A stretch of 63,835 nt of DNA, counting the filler, from Octopus bimaculoides (lineage: Eukaryota), in assembly GCF_001194135.2 (NCBI RefSeq). It is 6 parts of 6 records of this genome, joined end to end, with 100 filler letters (N's around TTAATTAATTAA, not from the genome) between each part and the next. Parts side by side here need not be neighbours in the genome. Positions count along the whole stretch, not along the records: positions 1 to 20,239 come from NC_068986.1; 5 more parts are not named here. One strand, given 5' to 3'. The notes under the pieces are model-generated. The model had not been told where the DNA came from, did no database searches, and was given only the letters and a program-made list of their open reading frames with translations. Each line of letters begins with the position of its first letter. Position 1 is the first letter of the stretch. Below are positions 1 to 11,674 of the stretch, piece after piece. The position numbers and the translations under genes were made by a program.

Positions 1-72
<72 letters not shown>
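1..72. repeat. (GT)n microsatellite
   Basis: Pure GT dinucleotide run at the window start. Confidence 0.98.
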
Positions 73-75
<3 letters not shown>

Positions 76-252
76 TGTGAACGTGTGCGTATGTAAATCT
101 CACTAAGAATATATATGTGTGAAAGTATTTGTATTAGACAACGTCGTTAAAGCAAACATCTCCTGCACCGATTGACAGATAACGAGACGGAAAGTACGTA
201 GTGGGGAATTTATAACACAACGCTGACTGAGCCAAACAAAATGTCACTTGAA

Positions 253-382
253 CGATAACAACAACAACAACAATGTTGATAACAATACTAACAACGACAG
301 CAACAACAGTAACAACAACAATAACAATAGTATCAGCAAGCACAAAAAATCAAGATCATCAGCACCTTCATAATTATCGTCG

Positions 383-417
<35 letters not shown>

Positions 418-537
418 GTCTTCCTCATCCACACCATCACCACCATCACCATCATCAGCATCAGCATCATCAGCATCGTGGTTGTCGTCGTCAACATCAC
501 CATCATCATCATCATCATCATCATCATCCCCACCACC

Positions 538-589
<52 letters not shown>

Positions 590-620
590 CCACCACCACC
601 ACCACCACCACCACCATCAG

Positions 621-653
<33 letters not shown>

Positions 654-669
654 TATCATCAACAACAAC
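253..669. repeat. Compound trinucleotide microsatellite (CAA/CAT/CAC)n running into an N gap
   Basis: Direct reading; source of the poly-His/poly-Ser/poly-Ile ORFs. Confidence 0.95.
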
Positions 670-1269
670 NNNNNNNNNNNNNNNNNNNNNNNNNNNNNNN
701 NNNNNNNNNNNNNNNNNNNNNNNNNNNNNNNNNNNNNNNNNNNNNNNNNNNNNNNNNNNNNNNNNNNNNNNNNNNNNNNNNNNNNNNNNNNNNNNNNNNN
801 NNNNNNNNNNNNNNNNNNNNNNNNNNNNNNNNNNNNNNNNNNNNNNNNNNNNNNNNNNNNNNNNNNNNNNNNNNNNNNNNNNNNNNNNNNNNNNNNNNNN
901 NNNNNNNNNNNNNNNNNNNNNNNNNNNNNNNNNNNNNNNNNNNNNNNNNNNNNNNNNNNNNNNNNNNNNNNNNNNNNNNNNNNNNNNNNNNNNNNNNNNN
1001 NNNNNNNNNNNNNNNNNNNNNNNNNNNNNNNNNNNNNNNNNNNNNNNNNNNNNNNNNNNNNNNNNNNNNNNNNNNNNNNNNNNNNNNNNNNNNNNNNNNN
1101 NNNNNNNNNNNNNNNNNNNNNNNNNNNNNNNNNNNNNNNNNNNNNNNNNNNNNNNNNNNNNNNNNNNNNNNNNNNNNNNNNNNNNNNNNNNNNNNNNNNN
1201 NNNNNNNNNNNNNNNNNNNNNNNNNNNNNNNNNNNNNNNNNNNNNNNNNNNNNNNNNNNNNNNNNNNNN

Positions 1270-1464
1270 CCCCTACCACTGCTTGACAACCGGTGTTGGC
1301 GTGTTTACGTCCCCGTAACCTAGCGGTTCGGCAAAAGAATAAGTACAAGGCTTTAAAAACAAAATTAAGTCCTGGAGGGTCGATTTGTTCGACTGAAAGC
1401 CCTTCAAGGCGGTGCCCCAGCATGGCCGCAGTCAAATGACGGAAACAAGTAAAAGATTAAAAGA
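1270..1464 (+). mobile_element. SINE family B, 3' half
   Basis: GCTTGACAACCG...GCGGTTCGGCAAAAG...CCAGCATGGCCGCAGTCAAATGAC...AAGTAAAAGA, matching many other copies in the window; starts at the gap edge. Confidence 0.85.
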
Positions 1465-1676
1465 TAAATCACACCGTTCTGTATTTAAAGTTGAACAACA
1501 CTGTACTTGGTGAGGGTAAAAAGGAGGTGGATTAGTTCAAGAGGGACCACAACTACAAACACCAAACGTGTTATCAATAATCATCATCATCATTGTCATC
1601 ATTATCATCATCATCGTCGTCATCGTCGTCGTCGTCGTCGTGATCATCAATAATAACAACAATGATGAAGATAAAG

Positions 1677-1792
1677 AATACGCACACCACCTGTTTTCGG
1701 CGAGTAGGGTTAGAGTTAGGGCTAAGTTTAGGGTTAGGGTTAGGTTTAAGGTTAGGGTTAGAGTTACGCCGAAAATGGGTGGTGTGCGTATT
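1677..1792. mobile_element. MITE-like cassette: 26-bp inverted repeats enclosing degenerate (TTAGGG)n
   Basis: AATACGCACACCACCTGTTTTCGGCG (1677-1702) vs CGCCGAAAATGGGTGGTGTGCGTATT (1767-1792), 24/26 complementary; interior 1703-1766 is TTAGGG variants. Confidence 0.7.
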
Positions 1793-2625
1793 TTTTTACC
1801 TCCGCCAACAGCAATAGCATCAACAACACCGTCAACGATAGTATTTCTACCACCAGTGGTGCAACCAACACTAGCAGCAACACCAACATCAACATCAACT
1901 CTGTCTCCAGCATGAATTAGAAAAAAAAAACTATCAACAACAATACAAATACAAACAATAACAACACAGCTTACCAGTTTCGTTTCCAGAATAACGGAAG
2001 AAATTTGTTCAAACGTGAAAAAAAAAAGATACAATAAAAATAGATAAATAACAAAATAAAAACAATCAAATTATAAATCAAACCAACGAACAAAAATAAA
2101 ACGCCGGAAGTGATATTTCGAGCATGGATGCAATACTCACGTGATAAGAACACCATTTCCTTTCTTGTATTTTTCGTTTTTTTTTTTTTCTTTTTCATGA
2201 TTAAAACGTATTTGTATATTTTTTTGTTTTTGTTTGTTTGCTTGCTTTTTTCTAATTTTTTTTTATTTCTCTGCTCTTTTTTTCCCCATTAATTCCATTT
2301 GATATAAAAGAGTATAGTGATCGATATTGTAGATCGCTTGGCAACCAGAGCAAGGGTCATTCGTTACTGACCTGTCAATAGAGCCACTCTATTGTTTCTG
2401 CGGTCTTGAATGGATAAAACTATAGNNNNNNNNNNNNNNNNNNNNNNNNNNNNNNNNNNNNNNNNNNNNNNNNNNNNNNNNNNNNNNNNNNNNNNNNNNN
2501 NNNNNNNNNNNNNNNNNNNNNNNNNNNNNNNNNNNNNNNNNNNNNNNNNNNNNNNNNNNNNNNNNNNNNNNNNNNNNNNNNNNNNNNNNNNNNNNNNNNN
2601 NNNNNNNNNNNNNNNNNNNNNNNNA

Positions 2626-2760
2626 CTACCACCACCACCACTGCCTTTACCGTCATTACTGCCACCACCACCACTGTCACTACTGTCATTACTACCACCA
2701 CCACCACTGTCTCTACCGTTATTACTGCCACCACTACCACCACGGCCACTACCGTCATTA
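2626..2760. repeat. 33-bp minisatellite (4 units) within an ACC/ACT-rich tract
   Basis: Units start at 2626, 2659, 2692 and 2725 (last unit 36 bp), each beginning CTRCCACC and ending GTYATTA. Confidence 0.85.
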
Positions 2761-3169
2761 CTACCACCACCACCACCACCACCACCACCACCACTACTAT
2801 CACTGCCGTCACTGCCACCATCGTCACCACCACTGCCAATACCACTACCACGACACCGCTACCGCATCACACCAACACATAACCACTACATCACATGATC
2901 ACAGCAATACTAGAACAACACTACACTCTGCCACTACCATTACCACCGTATGGCACTACTGCCACATCAGACCACCACTATCACTAGCACATCTATAGGA
3001 TGCCACCACATCATACTAATACTCCACAACGTCATCATACTAGCACTATTACATCAACCCACTACACCGCTAGCACGTTCTACTACCACCGCCACATCAT
3101 ACCGTCACACCACTCCCACATGCACCCCTACCCCACTGACAAACCATACTACTACACAAACATATATTT

Positions 3170-3378
3170 TTCAAATTCTAGCACAAGGCCAGGAACTTCG
3201 AGGAAGGGGTTAGTCGTTTACATCGACCCCGATACTCAACTGGTACTTATTTTATCGACCCCGAAAGAACGAAAGGGAAAGTCGACCCCGGTGGCATTTG
3301 AACTCAGAACTCAAAGACGGACGAAATACCGCTAAGCATTTTGCTCTGCGTGCTAACCATTCTGCCAGCTCACCGCCT
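3170..3378 (-). mobile_element. tRNA-derived SINE family A (central domain resembles MetaSINE core)
   Basis: Minus strand: GGCGGTGAGCTGGCAGAAT head, GAGTTCAAAT B-box-like motif, GTCGACTTTCCCTTTCGTTCTTTCGGGGTCGATAAAATAAGTACCAG core. Confidence 0.85.
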
Positions 3379-3398
3379 CCCACTGCACCATCATATTA

Positions 3399-3623
3399 TA
3401 TCTTTACTGCCCACAAGGGGCTACACACAGAGGGGACAAACAAGGACAGACAAACGGATTAAGTTGATTATGTCGACCCCAGTGCGTAACTGGTACTTAT
3501 TTAATCGACCCCGAAAGGATGAAAGGCAAAGTTGACCTCGGCAGAATTTGAACTCAGAACGTAGTGGCAGACGAAATACCGCTATGCATTTCGCCCGGCG
3601 TGCTTACGTTTCTGCCAGCTCAC
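3399..3623 (-). mobile_element. SINE family A, near full length, 18-bp TSD
   Basis: Same head and core; CACTGCACCATCATATTA duplicated at 3381-3398 and 3624-3641. Confidence 0.9.
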
Positions 3624-3849
3624 CACTGCACCATCATATTAATAGAAAACTCCACCGAATCACATCAGTAAAATGTCACACCGTCCGTTTCAACATATCA
3701 ATATGTAGGCAGAACTACAATATTGTATTATCATGTTATTAGTGAAATACATTAAACAGCTTCCACACTACAACACCTTACACTATCATACCACTGCACA
3801 AACATATGAAACACTAATGCACTACTACTACACAACCACAGAACTACAT

Positions 3850-4140
3850 CACTCCGCCAAACCAACATCCATTTATCTCTTCCGCCCAGTATTCCTGCGA
3901 AGATTCTTTAAGTGGAGTCCTCGAGTACCTCCTTCATAGTGTTCTATGAGAAACGACCGTCATTGAAATTTTACGTTGGGTTCCCATGCGTGACCAATGG
4001 AAACTATGGATGCTTTCCCACCCATTTCGTCCTTCGTCCAGTCCTAGGTCACCTGCCAGTTGACTCGGCTTCAAGAAACCGTCTTTTGATTATTTCCTGA
4101 CACATTCTAACTACATATCCGTTGTGCCGCAGCTGTAACC
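3850..4140 (-). mobile_element. RTE-clade LINE, decayed post-RT C-terminal fragment
   Basis: Minus frame LQLRHNGYVVRMCQEIIKRRFLEAESTGR*PRTGRRTKW fits the RTE QLRWxGHVxRM...RxRGRPRxxW pattern; in-frame stop. Confidence 0.6.
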
Positions 4141-5152
4141 TCTCAATGCAAAGAAGTGACTCGACCTACAGATACCCTTGATCTTCAAAACCAAGATAAG
4201 AACAATAAATTTCGGAGATTCGGAATAGCTGTTCTTCGAAGTCCCATACCCCACAGGAAAGAAAAACGCTTCAAAAATGGAGAGCAAATATATGAAAAAA
4301 GAAAGGTTTTTTTTGTTGTTTTTTGCAGAATCGTAATTGTTACTACATTAAACACAGGAATATTAAAACTTGATGGCAAAAAATTAATAAATAAACTTGC
4401 TCTTTCTTTTCCCATAAGTTCTAAGATGCTTTTATATTAAGAAAGATGTCCGACGTGACTTTTACACGGAAAACAATAAATCATGGAAAGAAATAACAAT
4501 CCAACCGCTAACTAAACCAGATACGTCAGATTTGGATTTGTATAAAGTCATATCGATGCATGCTCAGCTAAATACGACGTCGCCAACCTGTCAATATACT
4601 GACCTACGCCACAAACACTCCTGCCAATAACACCACGACACACTGTAATACATGAAGCCAACATACAAGATATAATAGCATCACTCAATCATGTAACCAG
4701 TTTAACTAGTTACCACACCTCTCCACCACAACACTACACCGCAATAGTTCCCACCACCACCACCACCACCACCACCACCGCATCAGCATCTAAATGACAC
4801 TACATCACACAACCACCGGATCTATATACATCATCAATAGTTCACCGCTTCAACATCACAGCACAAAAACAAACCTCATCGACGTCACACCAACCGCTAC
4901 CCTTCACCACATCTCCAGCGTATCTATATACCGACAACCCAACCAGAAATCGAATTAGTGCTGAATCGAGCTGCTAGAAATAGCTGCCAAATTTTCCTCG
5001 TATTTTAGTGTCTGGTAAATTTATTATTATAAATTCATCCCGATAAATACGTCACCTCTAAATGCATTGCAGTGTTAATTTCTTCACAAGGTAAATGAAG
5101 GTGTGAGCCAATAGACAGCCATACTTTTTATCCGCTTTTCTTTCCTTTTTTT

Positions 5153-5396
5153 TTTTACTTTTACATTTTTCAGTCATTTCACTGACGCCATGCTGGAGCA
5201 CCACCTTAAGAGGCTTTAGTCCAACAATTCGACCCCAGGACTTATTCTTTGCAAGCTTAGTATTTATTCTATCGGTCTCGTTTGCCGAAACGTTACGTTA
5301 GTGGACGTAAACACACCAACATCGTTTGTCAAGCGATGAAGGGGGGTACAAAAACAGACAAAACATCACACACGCATAAATATATATATATGAATA

Positions 5397-5433
<37 letters not shown>

Positions 5434-5588
5434 CAAGCTTCTTTCAGTTTCTGTCTGCCAAAACCACTCACAAGGCTTTGGTGGACCCGAGGCTAGAGTA
5501 GAAGACACCTGCCCAAGGTGCCACGCAGTGGAACTGAACCCGGAGCCATATGGTTGGGAAGCAAACTTCTTACCACACAGTTACGCCT
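5153..5588 (-). mobile_element. SINE family B, full length (tRNA head, CORE-like domain, internal (TA)n)
   Basis: Minus: AGGCGTAACTGTGTGGTAAG head, GGTTCAGTTCC box, GGCACCTTGGGCAGGTGTCTTCTAC domain, internal TA run at about 5378-5430, family B tail. Confidence 0.9.
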
Positions 5589-5644
5589 GCGCCGTTGATA
5601 ACAATATTGAAGGTTTATTCCTGTAAAATCATATTTCACACGTT

Positions 5645-5715
5645 CGGGTGCACTCGAACATGAGAAAACCTTCCGCTGCAAAAATAGTCTCGAAAGGAAA
5701 TTCTCCTCCAAGAAG
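5645..5715. mobile_element. Terminal fragment of the same TIR element as 20464-21067
   Basis: GAAAACCTTCCGCTG...AAATTCTCCTC shared with 20467-20530; truncated by the gap. Confidence 0.6.
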
Positions 5716-6403
5716 NNNNNNNNNNNNNNNNNNNNNNNNNNNNNNNNNNNNNNNNNNNNNNNNNNNNNNNNNNNNNNNNNNNNNNNNNNNNNNNNNNNNN
5801 NNNNNNNNNNNNNNNNNNNNNNNNNNNNNNNNNNNNNNNNNNNNNNNNNNNNNNNNNNNNNNNNNNNNNNNNNNNNNNNNNNNNNNNNNNNNNNNNNNNN
5901 NNNNNNNNNNNNNNNNNNNNNNNNNNNNNNNNNNNNNNNNNNNNNNNNNNNNNNNNNNNNNNNNNNNNNNNNNNNNNNNNNNNNNNNNNNNNNNNNNNNN
6001 NNNNNNNNNNNNNNNNNNNNNNNNNNNNNNNNNNNNNNNNNNNNNNNNNNNNNNNNNNNNNNNNNNNNNNNNNNNNNNNNNNNNNNNNNNNNNNNNNNNN
6101 NNNNNNNNNNNNNNNNNNNNNNNNNNNNNNNNNNNNNNNNNNNNNNNNNNNNNNNNNNNNNNNNNNNNNNNNNNNNNNNNNNNNNNNNNNNNNNNNNNNN
6201 NNNNNNNNNNNNNNNNNNNNNNNNNNNNNNNNNNNNNNNNNNNNNNNNNNNNNNNNNNNNNNNNNNNNNNNNNNNNNNNNNNNNNNNNNNNNNNNNNNNN
6301 NNNNNNNNNNNNNNNNNNNNNNNNNNNNNNNNNNNNNNNNNNNNNNNNNNNNNNNNNNNNNNNNNNNNNNNNNNNNNNNNNNNNNNNNNNNNNNNNNNNN
6401 NNN

Positions 6404-6707
6404 GAGTGTTTATTGAGTGAAAACACCTAAAATTCCACGAGGCTCCGGCAGGGGATGGTGGTGAACCCTGCTGTACCCTTTCACCACAACTTTCTCTCAC
6501 TCTTACTTCCTGTTTCTGTTGTGCCTGTAATTGAAAGGGTCAGCCTTGTCACACTGTGTCACACTGAATCTCCCCGAGAACTACGTTAAGGGTACACGTG
6601 TCTGTGGAGTGCTCAGCCACTTGCACGTTAATTTCACGAGCAGGCTGTTCCGTTGATCGGATCAACTGGAACCCTCGACGTCGTAAGCGACGGAGTGCCA
6701 ACAACAA
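6404..6707 (+). mobile_element. SINE family C, 5' end lost in gap
   Basis: Reverse complement match to the full copy at 51293-51682; ends GACGGAGTGCCAACAAC. Confidence 0.9.
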
Positions 6708-7206
6708 ATACAGCGCATTTCATTAACAATAAGAAAGAAATTGAAAGATAAAAGATTCATGTCAAATTTATTCGTATATTTTTGAAGAACACAAATACAA
6801 CATACTCCTTAAAAAATTCATAAAGCATTCAAAACTTGACATTGTTTTCAACAGCGGAAGGAAAACACAATCTATAAACACAAAGTACGCACAACTTCGA
6901 CGTTCATTGACAAGGCATTGCATTTCCGCTGCGCTCTCTTTATATTTCTTTTAGCGCTGTGAAATTTCTATACCAGATATTCAATTATTACTTTATACAT
7001 CCTTTTGTGTCTTTCCTGTTTCATTAGGTTCATCATGTTTACACGCAAGGCCTTCACAACAACACACATTAACGCACACACTCACACATACACACACACA
7101 CTCACACACACACACACACGCACGCACACACACACACACATTCTTTGTTTTGTCTTGTACTGTCTATGTTTTTCTTCGTGTAAAACCTTTCTGATTAATA
7201 AAGAAA

Positions 7207-7308
7207 TCAGTGTTATTATCATTAGTAGTAGTAGTAGTAGTGGTGGTGGTGTTGGTGGTGGTGGTAGTAGTAGTAGTAGTAATATCATCATCATCACCAT
7301 TATTATTA

Positions 7309-7342
<34 letters not shown>

Positions 7343-7358
7343 GATTATTATTATTATC

Positions 7359-7390
<32 letters not shown>

Positions 7391-7497
7391 CATAATCATC
7401 ATCATCATCATAATCATCATCATCATCATCATAATCATCATCATCATCATCATCATCATTATTATTATTATAATTATTGTTGTTGTTGTTGTTAATA
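7207..7497. repeat. Compound trinucleotide microsatellite (AGT/GGT/ATT/ATC/GTT)n
   Basis: Direct reading. Confidence 0.95.
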
Positions 7498-8331
7498 TTC
7501 TAATGTCGACTCTTGGATTATTACTTCGTATCTTGAGTGCTTCTTTGTCATGATTTCTGGAACTTTCCGGTTCGTAGACCGGAGTGTTTTCAATCAAGCC
7601 ATTTGAAAGATCAATGCCATCTTTCACAAGAAATATTTTATCTCAGACGCATTTTCCGCTGCTGCAGTAAAACAATTCTTTAAACCAATCTCAATGTAAG
7701 AATGTCGTTGAACCAAACCAGGTTCTAACTCTCCAATCTTACACGTCTTCAACATAATCTATGACAGACCGAATCTCTTCCAGAAAACCTATTATTGTCA
7801 AATAAACATACGAAATCATGAGCTGCTTTCAAGACAGGCCTGATATAAGAACAGCCATGTGCTTCTTCAACGCAAATTCTTCATTTCCTATAAATGGTTA
7901 GAAACTTTAACTTTCTATGTGTAGCAAGATGAATTTCTTAACGATATATTTCTCATGGCGATGAACTGACCGTTTATGTACAGGATCGTTATGTAATAAA
8001 TTTTACGAGATTACCAAGCGATTAAATTACCGCAATGAATATAAGTGAACACAAATTACACAATGTCGTAATGCGATCCTGGTATCTCTGTATTTTGTGA
8101 AAATATAGGATGCTCATAGCTGGAGTACCTTCGGTCATCAGTCTGCATAATCAGGATTGCTCTGGGGTTAAGCAAAAACAAAAATAAGCTCATCAACTTC
8201 ACCTTATTCCACTGCCCCACCATACCACTCCAGTAGTGTATTCTTTCCCCATACATCAGCTCAATCACAATATGACATTACTATATGAAGCTAATGAGTG
8301 GTGGCGAGGGCTCTACGTGCAAGGGTAGTGA

Positions 8332-8635
8332 AGGCGCATGGCTCAGTGGTTAGAGCGTCGGGCTCATAAGCATGAGGTAGTTCGATTTCCGGACTGGGCT
8401 GTGTGTTGTGTTCTTGAGCAAGACACGTTATTTTTTGCATTGTTCTAGTTCATTCAGCTGTAGCAATAAATTGCGACAGCCTCTTCCTTTTCTTTTCCCT
8501 TGGATAACATCGGTGGCGTGGAGAGGGAAGCCTGGTATGCATGGGCAACTTCTGGTCTTCCATAAACAACCTTGCCCGGACTTGTGCCTCAGAGGGGAAC
8601 TTTCTAGGTGAAATCCAGTGGTCATTCGTGACCAT
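8332..8635 (+). mobile_element. tRNA-derived SINE family D (CORE-like CTTGAGCAAGACAC domain)
   Basis: A box TGGCTCAGTGG, degenerate B box GTTCGATTTCC, TGTGTTCTTGAGCAAGACAC; body matches 31575-31850 in reverse. Confidence 0.8.
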
Positions 8636-8909
8636 GGGATTGCACGTGCTAGAAATAGCAGAAAATTCCCCTCAAGAGACATTATACCATCTTAAGAAAA
8701 TCCAAGTTGTGCAATTTGGCGCTGGTTTCCCTCCTTTCACGGCTGCAATGTCTCTGATCTGGGATCTGCTCGCTCAGTATTGAGTCGGGGGATCAAACAA
8801 CAATAACTGAAACTTGATCCCATAAAATATACCCCATTATATCACTACACCAGCACACAAGAACACTTTCATCGTCTGAAATCTTATACAATCCACCCCA
8901 TATACCTCG

Positions 8910-9216
8910 AGGTGGTAGGCTGGCGGAGTCGTTACTGCAGAGGACGAAATACTAAGCGGCGTTTTTTCCGGCTCTTCATGTTTTGAGTTCAAATCCTACC
9001 GAGGTCAACTTTGCCTGTCATCTCTTCGGAGTCGATGAAATGTGATCATTCAAGTACTTGGATCGATGTAATCGATTTCTATCCTCCCTTAAAATTGCTG
9101 GGTTTGAACACTGCAACTGACCAGTGCCACTTTCAGGAGGAATGTTGTGATTTCGGTCACTTATAGGCCGTGGGAACCGGATAAATGGCCTCAGGAGTCC
9201 TAGGACTTGAAAAAAA
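8910..9216 (+). mobile_element. Chimeric SINE: family A head/core + V-domain-like 3' module
   Basis: Family A head and core to about 9100, then a module also found at about 13630-13755, then an A-rich tail. Confidence 0.65.
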
Positions 9217-9273
9217 TATACAACAAAACTTCAAACTCCTACAGGACCACCATAAACCACACTACCACGAGTT

Positions 9274-9530
9274 GAGGCGCGTGGCTTAGTGGTTAGGGTG
9301 TTGGACTCATGATCGTGAGATTGTGGTTTCGACTCCTAAACCGGGTGATGCAGTGTGTTCTTGAACAAAACACTTTATATCACGTTACTCTTGTTCACTC
9401 AGCCGGAAAAATGAATAATCCTGCGACGGACCGTTGTCCCATCCATGTGGGGAATATATACGCCATGGAAAATGGCAAACCGGCCCTTGTGAGTCGGTGT
9501 GACTCGAGAAGGTAATCTTTACTTTTGTTT
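9274..9530 (+). mobile_element. tRNA-derived SINE with V-SINE-like central motif
   Basis: A box TGGCTTAGTGG, B box GTTTCGACTCC; CCTGCGACGGACCGTTGTCCCATCCA resembles the V-domain as I recall it. Confidence 0.7.
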
Positions 9531-10339
9531 TTTTTACACTAACACGACACCATGCATCAGTTACATTCCCTTAAACCACAACCTTCAGTATTCAGAAAGG
9601 GGAAATAAATTGGACAATGTAATCCTAGATATAAAATTACTGGGTGGCCATGGCTGGAACGTCCTTCATCATACGTCTTCTCGATCAAAACTGCTCTGAG
9701 GCTAAAGAACTACAAGAACTTGTGAAATACACCTTACCATGTGTCCTGAACACCTCATATAGTCATAGGAGCACCGTCGTGACAAACGGCATCTCTCGGG
9801 TATTTACATACCTAGCGAAACCCATCCTTCTCCGAATCTAACTGCAAAAAGATAGATAGAGAGATAGAAAGAGAAGAATCTAGCAGAGGACAAGATCTTA
9901 TTTGTCGACCCAGAAAAGATAGAAATTAAAGTTGAACCTCGGCTCTACTTGAACTCAGAGCGTAGTGAGTTGGAGTGAATACTACATGGCAATCTATTCA
10001 ACAGTCAAACGGTCAAATTAGCCGTCAAAAGAATTCCTTTACAAACGCCAAATCATTTATCAAGCTGCCTTGCACAATAAAACATTGAACCAGCAACAGC
10101 ACAACAAACAGTTGCCTTTTATATCCTAAACCACACAATTACAGCAATGCACCACCACACTAACACACCACACTGTCACACTATCATGTTACCATACCAC
10201 CACCAGGTGTCGTTCAATAATTTTTATGTTGTATGGTATTTGATATACCTGTATTTGTGTTGTTCAAATCGTGACACTGGCCGCTAGGATTTATTTCTTC
10301 CAGCTCATTTTTGTTTAAATTACTGTATGTTGTAGGTCC

Positions 10340-10690
10340 ATGGTGGAATATCACGACGATTTCGACATATGAACGTCCAGTTCCGATCAAGAGGAAAACC
10401 TACTCTTTGAGTTAGCATGTGAGGTGGTTGGGTATTCCGCAAACGGTAATACCTTGAAAGTAATTCTCAGCTTGAATTAGCGTGACACGAGTGAAAACAA
10501 TTTTGCTCCTTGGAATCACAGGCACAATCAACACGACGGGATTCACTACAATTTCCGTCAACCCAAATTCCCTCAAAAGGTTTAGGTGGACTGAAGTCAT
10601 ATTAAATGCACTTGTCTGAGATGCTACTCAGTAGGCTCGAACCTACGGCCTCGTGGTTAGGAGGCGAAGACCGTAACTACTTTATCATGC
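10340..10690 (-). mobile_element. Old SINE: family B-like head + family C-like tail
   Basis: Minus: GGTTCGAGCC B box, GACGGAAATTGTAGTGAATCCC, then TGTGCCTGTGATTCCAAGGA...TTGATCGGAACTGGACGTT family C tail; same layout at 42575-42940. Confidence 0.6.
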
Positions 10691-10935
10691 CTGTGTCTCA
10701 GCATAACTGCATATAAATGTGCATGAGTAACGGAAAAAGCTAAATAAATGGATAGACAAGCAGATAGATAGATACATATATACTTACAAACCTACATTCA
10801 AACATACATTGAAAGATAGGTATAGAAATATATATGTGCGTATATAAACATATATATAGAGAGAGAGAGGGGAGAGAGGTTGAAACTGAGAGAAAACAGA
10901 CAGACAGACAGAGATATGCAGAGACAGACAGACAG

Positions 10936-10966
<31 letters not shown>

Positions 10967-11327
10967 CATACATGCATGCATACATAGGAAAAACAAAGTA
11001 ACTTTGAAGTAAACTGAACAAGGTATGTGAGACAGAGAAAGAAAAAGTGAGCAAGTAAGAAACGATATTAGTTATAGATCGATCTGAGAATATTATTACC
11101 TGGCTGGATCATATTGTTGCTTGGTTACCATTGTTCAGATAATTTACTCACCTCAAAAGGTCTGTCACTGAAAAACGTGCGAAATCAAGCGCATTATGAT
11201 TTAACATATCGTACTAACTTCCATTTTCTCTGACATATAAATCAGAGAAAGAAAGAAGTTAGTACGATATTTCAAAATATAATGCACGTGATTTCGCACG
11301 TTATTCATATACATATACATACATACA

Positions 11328-11520
11328 TGCTTAGCGGTATTTCGTCTGCCGCTACGTTCTGAGTTCAAATTCCGCCGAGGTCGACTTTGCCTTTCATCCT
11401 TTCGGGATCGATTAAATAAGTACCAGTTACGCACTGGGGTCGATGTAATCGACTTAATCCGTTTGTCTTTCCTTGTTTGTCCCCTCTGTGTGTAGCCCCT
11501 TGTGGGTAGTAAAGAAATAA
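11328..11520 (+). mobile_element. SINE family A, 5'-truncated
   Basis: Near-consensus core GAGTTCAAATTCCGCCGAGGTCGACTTTGCCTTTCATCCTTTCGGG; ends AAAGAAATAA. Confidence 0.9.
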
Positions 11521-11527
11521 CAGAGAA

Positions 11528-11586
<59 letters not shown>

Positions 11587-11593
11587 GGCGGAC

Positions 11594-11652
<59 letters not shown>

Positions 11653-11674
11653 CATGTGTGTTTGTGAGTATATA

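Noticed and set aside
273-1323. Long poly-His/poly-Ser/poly-Ile ORFs
   Set aside because: Translations of trinucleotide microsatellites extended through N gaps; not coding evidence. The same applies to all X-filled and HT/YI/CV-repeat ORFs in the track.
1703-1766. True telomere or chromosome-fusion scar
   Set aside because: Short, degenerate, single orientation and enclosed by inverted repeats; better explained as an element interior.
7500-7900. Protein-like minus-strand frames (KIGELEPGLVQRHSY..., KDGIDLSNGLIENTP...)
   Set aside because: Needs several frameshifts, has no recognisable domain and no convincing splice sites.
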